From: Psammoneis japonica
Lineage: Eukaryota
Direction of reading: 5' to 3'
DNA: 64,000 nt
Assembly: GCA_008632985.1 (NCBI GenBank)
Contig: QPGO01000009.1
Span: 682,001-746,000, forward strand
Part shown: piece by piece, positions 59,261-64,000 of the stretch
Layout: each line of letters starts with the position of its first letter
Numbering within the stretch: the stretch's first letter is position 1
Program-made: the position numbers and the translations under genes
Notes under the pieces: generated by a model
Database searches by the model: none
What the model was told of the DNA's origin: nothing
Seen by the model: the letters and a program-made list of their open reading frames with translations, nothing else

Positions 59261-61828
59261 TGCTGTACTTTTCAAAACGTCCTTCTTGGTGAATCCAATC
59301 CCAAACCACAATCAGTACATCGCCTCGTCTTGAAGATCCGATCCCAGACCGCCGTGCCGCAACCTAGACACGAGCACCTCAACGTATCCGCTTCTTGCCC
59401 ACAACCACGGTGAATGATAATTCTGTCTCTGTGTACGTACAAGAAGGCAAGAGCGAGTTGAGTGGATGAAATACAAAAGAAAAAGGAACAACACGATACA
59501 CGATCACGACAAGAACACACGTACCTTACTCTGCAACGACAAAGCCGGCAGCAAGCAGAACGCCCATGGCCACCGCAAAGAGCGCCATGGTCAAAAGAGA
59601 AACACAATCAACTCCTCCATTTTACTGCCGTGTTGTTTGAGTTGATTGTCAGAATTATGAGCGAATCAAGAGCGAACAGATTTCTGCATCGGATTGTTCT
59701 TGTACCAGAAGCACGTAAAATCCACGGAGCCTCAGTCCTCGGTCTTCCACGACTCGTGTGCTCTCGGTGCCTGGCAGGTTTCGACAACTTATCCTCTAGT
59801 GGGATCAGATATTTTCAAAAATGTCGGAACCGGTACTGGCATGCCGAATCTTCCAAAAACGAGCGGCAAATCGATCGCGAGCGTCATGGTGAAGTTTCTC
59901 GTTCTTTGATTTTGATTTGATTGTTGTTGTGTTGTCGCGCGTTGGGCGTTAGTCCTCAGATCTTTGCGGACGCACATCAGACGTAGTCTAGATTTCAAAC
60001 ATACATTTCAGAATTTATGAGCGAGCATGAATGTTATTTTTGTCTTGATATCTTCCGGATCTTCCAGATCTTCCATCTCGTGGAATGACAAAAATAAACG
60101 TTGCTGCATTGATCTTTACCGAGCTGTTCTATTGGGAAAGAGGCTAGTGGTCCCGTGCAAACAGATTTCCATGTGGAAGGAGGTCCGCGGCGCTGTGTGT
60201 TCGGGGATGGAGCCTGCGAGACACGATCTGTCTTTGTTTCTAGCTCCTTCTACTTCAAGATCGCACTTGGCCTAAAACAGCTCTTGTCTATCTTTTGTGT
60301 TGTAAAAGATCTTTTTTTCAACGGGATCTCTAGTGATAAGAAAAAAACTAACAAAGATTACAGTAGACAAGTAGTGTTAGCAGCTGCTATGGCATCGGAT
60401 GCTTTTAGGCAATGTTCTTGAATCATTTTGTAGTTGCAATCGCCTGCCTGGTATGGAATGCTAGATACGCTCGCAGTTGTTTTCTTCTGGCAATGTCTTA
60501 TCAGAGAGTATGCACATAGTCTATCTAGAGATGTCTCAGGATAACCTCATGCGTCAACCTCGCAAGTTGAGTGACTTCCTTATCAAAATTCGTCTTGACC
60601 CGAAGGAAACCGTTTGGTAATACTGCAAAGGCGATTGCATCAACATCCAACCAAAAAAACATACTGCAACAGTCTTTTCTCACCAAACTAATAGGCAAAC
60701 GATGCGACCACATTTGTCATGAAAACGTTATCCACTGATTCTTCCTTGTCCAAGGCCGAGAGAACCATTCCCACAATACAACAAACTTGCCACAGGGCTC
60801 CTCCACCCGTGCCATCTAGACTATAATATCAATGCTCATATTTTCAAAAAGTGTGTGATAAAAGCCACATAGTGCATTTTGAATACTGGGGATGGAGAGA
60901 TAGGTCCGCTCGACGATGTCGGATCCTCCGTGATCTTACACAGATCCAAAAGTAGTGGCATCATTGATGGCTCGAACGGTATTCTTCTACCCCGAATCTT
61001 GCCTCTTGAAAGAAGGATGTCAGCAAATCGTAAAAGTACGGGGCTAATCACGCAGAGACAGAGACCATCATCTGTCGTGAAGTTCCCTTAAATGGGCCCG
61101 ATCCGTTAGACCGGGCTATCCGTCATCATGGCTTTCCTTTCTTTTAACCGCTCCAGGTACTCAATTGCCGCCCAAATAGATCGGTTACGACCCCCCCCCC
61201 CCCCNCCCCCTCCCCAAATAGATCGGTGGTGAATAGAATAGTCATGTGTGCATAGGAGAAAAGGAGGCGCGAGCTCAAGCCGCCTCCCGGAGCGCCACGC
61301 ACATCGACAATATTTCCGCTGAGAAGCCTTTTCTCTTTTCAAATGTCCCTTAAATATACCGTGTGACCAAGAGAAATACAAGTGGAAGCCCCCACGAGTC
61401 GACACGGTGGACCAACTAGATTCTCGTTGTTTTTCGAGGTTTAAGTCCGTCATCACCATTGAAAACTTGTCCATGCTGTCCCCGACGATCCTTGTTGCTG
61501 CTGCAAGCTTTGATGCCTCGTTGCCTCCATGTCGTCGACAAGCATATTATTGATGTCATGAAATGATGATACGGCTGAGATGAGGAAGATTGTGTCAAGA
61601 TAAGGTCGTTCGGCAATCATCATTTGCTCGACACATCGAAGCTCCTGTACGGTAGCATTTATGACCGCGGCGAATTTGATCAGCTAAAAGGTAGCACCGA
61701 GTGATTAAAAGTCAACGAAGAAGTTTGAGATTGTCGTATGCATTCGAAACCTCGCCCATAAAGGTGTTCATCGTATCCAGAAATATGCAAACAAGGAAGC
61801 TATGCGACTCGTCAATAAGGTCCTCTTC

Positions 61829-63368
61829 GAACAAAGTATTCGTGACCTTTGTCACTCTTCCCGCTGACTGGTATGTTTTGGAGACACTCTGTCGGGTACG
61901 AATGGCTGAGCCGAGGGTACTGAGAAGGGTAAGAGGGATCTGCGTTCTGTGGCCCATGGAATCAACTGCTCTCACCAGACCATAGCGTTCGCTCGCAACT
62001 TGACTGGCGCAATCACCGCTGCAAGTCCCAGGCGAAACTGCTCTGTCGGAATAGAGCGAACTGCTGCGAGTGCTTGGTATGGTTGTTGCGCTGCAGGTGG
62101 TCGGTCGTCGACTTCGCCGTCCCGACGGTCATCACACCTCGGCGCACTGCGGCGGCGTTTTTGAATGCTATTGCTGGGACAAGAGATTCTAGGAATGCCT
62201 TGCATAATTTCTTGGATGTAGTACTCCACCTCGTAATGCTTGACAAATTTCGTCGCCCTTTTCAAATAATGCATGTGTTAGGCGGGAATACCCCCGGTCG
62301 TGACGAACATTTACAGAGAGAGCCTACGTTTCTTTGCCATTTTCTGCTTTCTTAACGGTCCGCCTCAGCGCCTCAACATAGTAATGGCCTATTTCTTCTT
62401 CAACGTGAGCAATCAAGGCGGCCTCGAACGATGAACGACAACAAAATGAAATCATTTTGGAGGACACGGCAGATGGCAGGAACACAATGGTCCAACCAAT
62501 TTTACACGAAGATCTTTTGCTGTCACTGGAAGCATCAGTAGGTTGAATGGTGAATGTGAATGTTTGGCATCCCAGAGGCGTCCATTTACTGGATTCCATC
62601 ATTTCTACGCCAGCATTCACCGAGTAATACGGCTCCTCATCGATTTGTGTAATTGTTTTGCGCAAAACAATTTCACCACCTCGAAAGGTGCGCCGTTCAT
62701 CCCAACAAGCCCCAACCGTCGATGGCTCACCCCTCACAAACTCGACAGATAGCAGGTGCGGAACAAACTCAGGTGCGGAAGTTATGTCTCAGAACGTGGC
62801 TCTTGCCATCTCTGGGGTAACATCTGGAAATTCAAAAGATCCGCTAACGATGAATTCTCGACATGTTGAAGCGAGAGGTCCCATTGTAGTTTCGAGTAAA
62901 TTTGCTCGTTAATTTGCAGCTGTTCCAAACGACAATAGTTCTGCTGCTTTTTGGTGCTGCAGTTTGGCAAAGCGATTGCAGCAGTGACCCATGTAAAGCA
63001 TCAAGCACCAATTGGTCCGTTAAGCAAGCTGTCCATGTCCAGATGAACAACGAAGGCTGCGTGCAATTTTTTCTAGAGGGATGTCGTGCGTACTGTAGGG
63101 CCCTAGATCAGCGATCAGCAGAACACGTCCGGGTCGTCACGGTCCGAAAATTCCATGTGCATGAACATGAACCAGGTGTGATAGTTAGAATTACTGAGAG
63201 CAAGACAAGACCTGAATGGTTACCAACGTGTTGTCTTCATCGTCGCCGACTGTACGGTAGTCTAGCTAGCTAGTCTTACCTTGTGGTTGACAACTTCTCG
63301 CGCATGCAGCGCAGTGCGATGAAACCCAGTCCGACCCCGCCACGCCCCTCCTCGCAAAACAACTCGTG
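61829..63368 (+). repeat. Segmental duplication, copy 2
   Basis: Matches 49326-50878 and is cut at the LTR insertion. Confidence 0.95.
62324..62884 (-). pseudogene. SRPBCC duplicate with a premature stop
   Basis: Same 561-bp span as 49830-50390, with CGA(R)->TGA at 62789-62791. Confidence 0.85.
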
Positions 63369-64000
63369 TGCACTATGCTCGAAGAACGAGTGTAAACGAA
63401 AGTAGAATGAAGTTCAAAAGGTGAAAATTATGAGAATTATTTCTGCGCAATCACTTTGGGTTTCTCCGAACGGGTTCTCAACAGCCTAAACCTTTTGCAC
63501 TGCTCCTACAGACAAAAGGCCTTTCGGAGAACATGATCGTGACGACAGATTGTCCGGGTGCGATTGACATTGACACATGAGATGTCAACATCATCGTGCG
63601 ATCGCATTTGCAATTCTCGACATCCGATCACTTCTGTGTGACTGATCTGTACTTCGTACGAACCCACGATTGACGTGCGATTGAAACATGCTTTTGTTTG
63701 ATGTGTAGATGTGTGTGTGCAATGCGTGCATGACAACGCACATTGCATTCGCCTCCCTAATTGCACATTAGAGTCAGTCGTTAAACGGTGTTGTTCGACG
63801 AACATTGACAGTGTCAACAACGTTGCCGCGTTTGATCTGCACTGTGCCATCAGTGTGTGCCGTTGTTGTTGCACACGGTCCAACATGGGGCTGTTCTAAT
63901 TTTTGCGAGTCTTTCTCGAGCAGCATCTTTTCTCCCACTCTGTGCGTGCAAGGAGTGCGTCGAGCATTCTCTCGAGCGTCATTTTTATTTGTGATTTCTT
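63369..64000 (-). mobile_element. Second copy of the Gypsy element (3' LTR 63369-63747, PPT, integrase end), truncated by the window edge
   Basis: Colinear with 28521-29150. Confidence 0.95.

Noticed and set aside
61170..61228. Poly-C run containing an N between two copies of cccaaatagatcggt
   Set aside because: Looks like a scaffold join or sequencing artefact rather than a G-quadruplex or real repeat.
59272..61620. Short ORFs on both strands
   Set aside because: No recognisable domains or consistent frame; left unannotated.

Overview
Eukaryotic nuclear DNA, most likely a pennate diatom (fucoxanthin-chlorophyll Lhc gene, signal peptide + 'SAF/CAF' plastid-targeting motifs, short GT-AG introns). 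Gene-rich stretches encode a RID/DNMT4-like C5 DNA methyltransferase, a bestrophin, an Lhc, a CDP-DAG synthase, an SPFH protein, a BTB protein, an MDM2-type RING protein and a sulfotransferase. These alternate with sharply bounded multi-kb domains (about 5.2-7.1, 14.7-16.9, 28.9-40.4, 46.7-48.6, 51-57.2 and 63.4-64 kb) that have lost most TpA, and in the older ones most CpG. The domains hold a complete Ty3/Gypsy LTR retrotransposon (379-bp LTRs, CAGG target duplication), the start of a second copy, a mariner-type DNA transposon relic and decayed host-gene paralogs. The main observation is a directional, both-strand TpA->TpG/CpA (A:T->G:C) hypermutation of repeats. Its direction is fixed by three LTR copies, by conserved Tyr codons becoming His/Cys (RT YIDD->HIDD) and by a mariner TA target site turned into TG and CA. 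This is the reverse of fungal RIP and is the best candidate for an undescribed genome-defence or mutagenesis system. All counts are by hand, and several frameshifts may be assembly indels.
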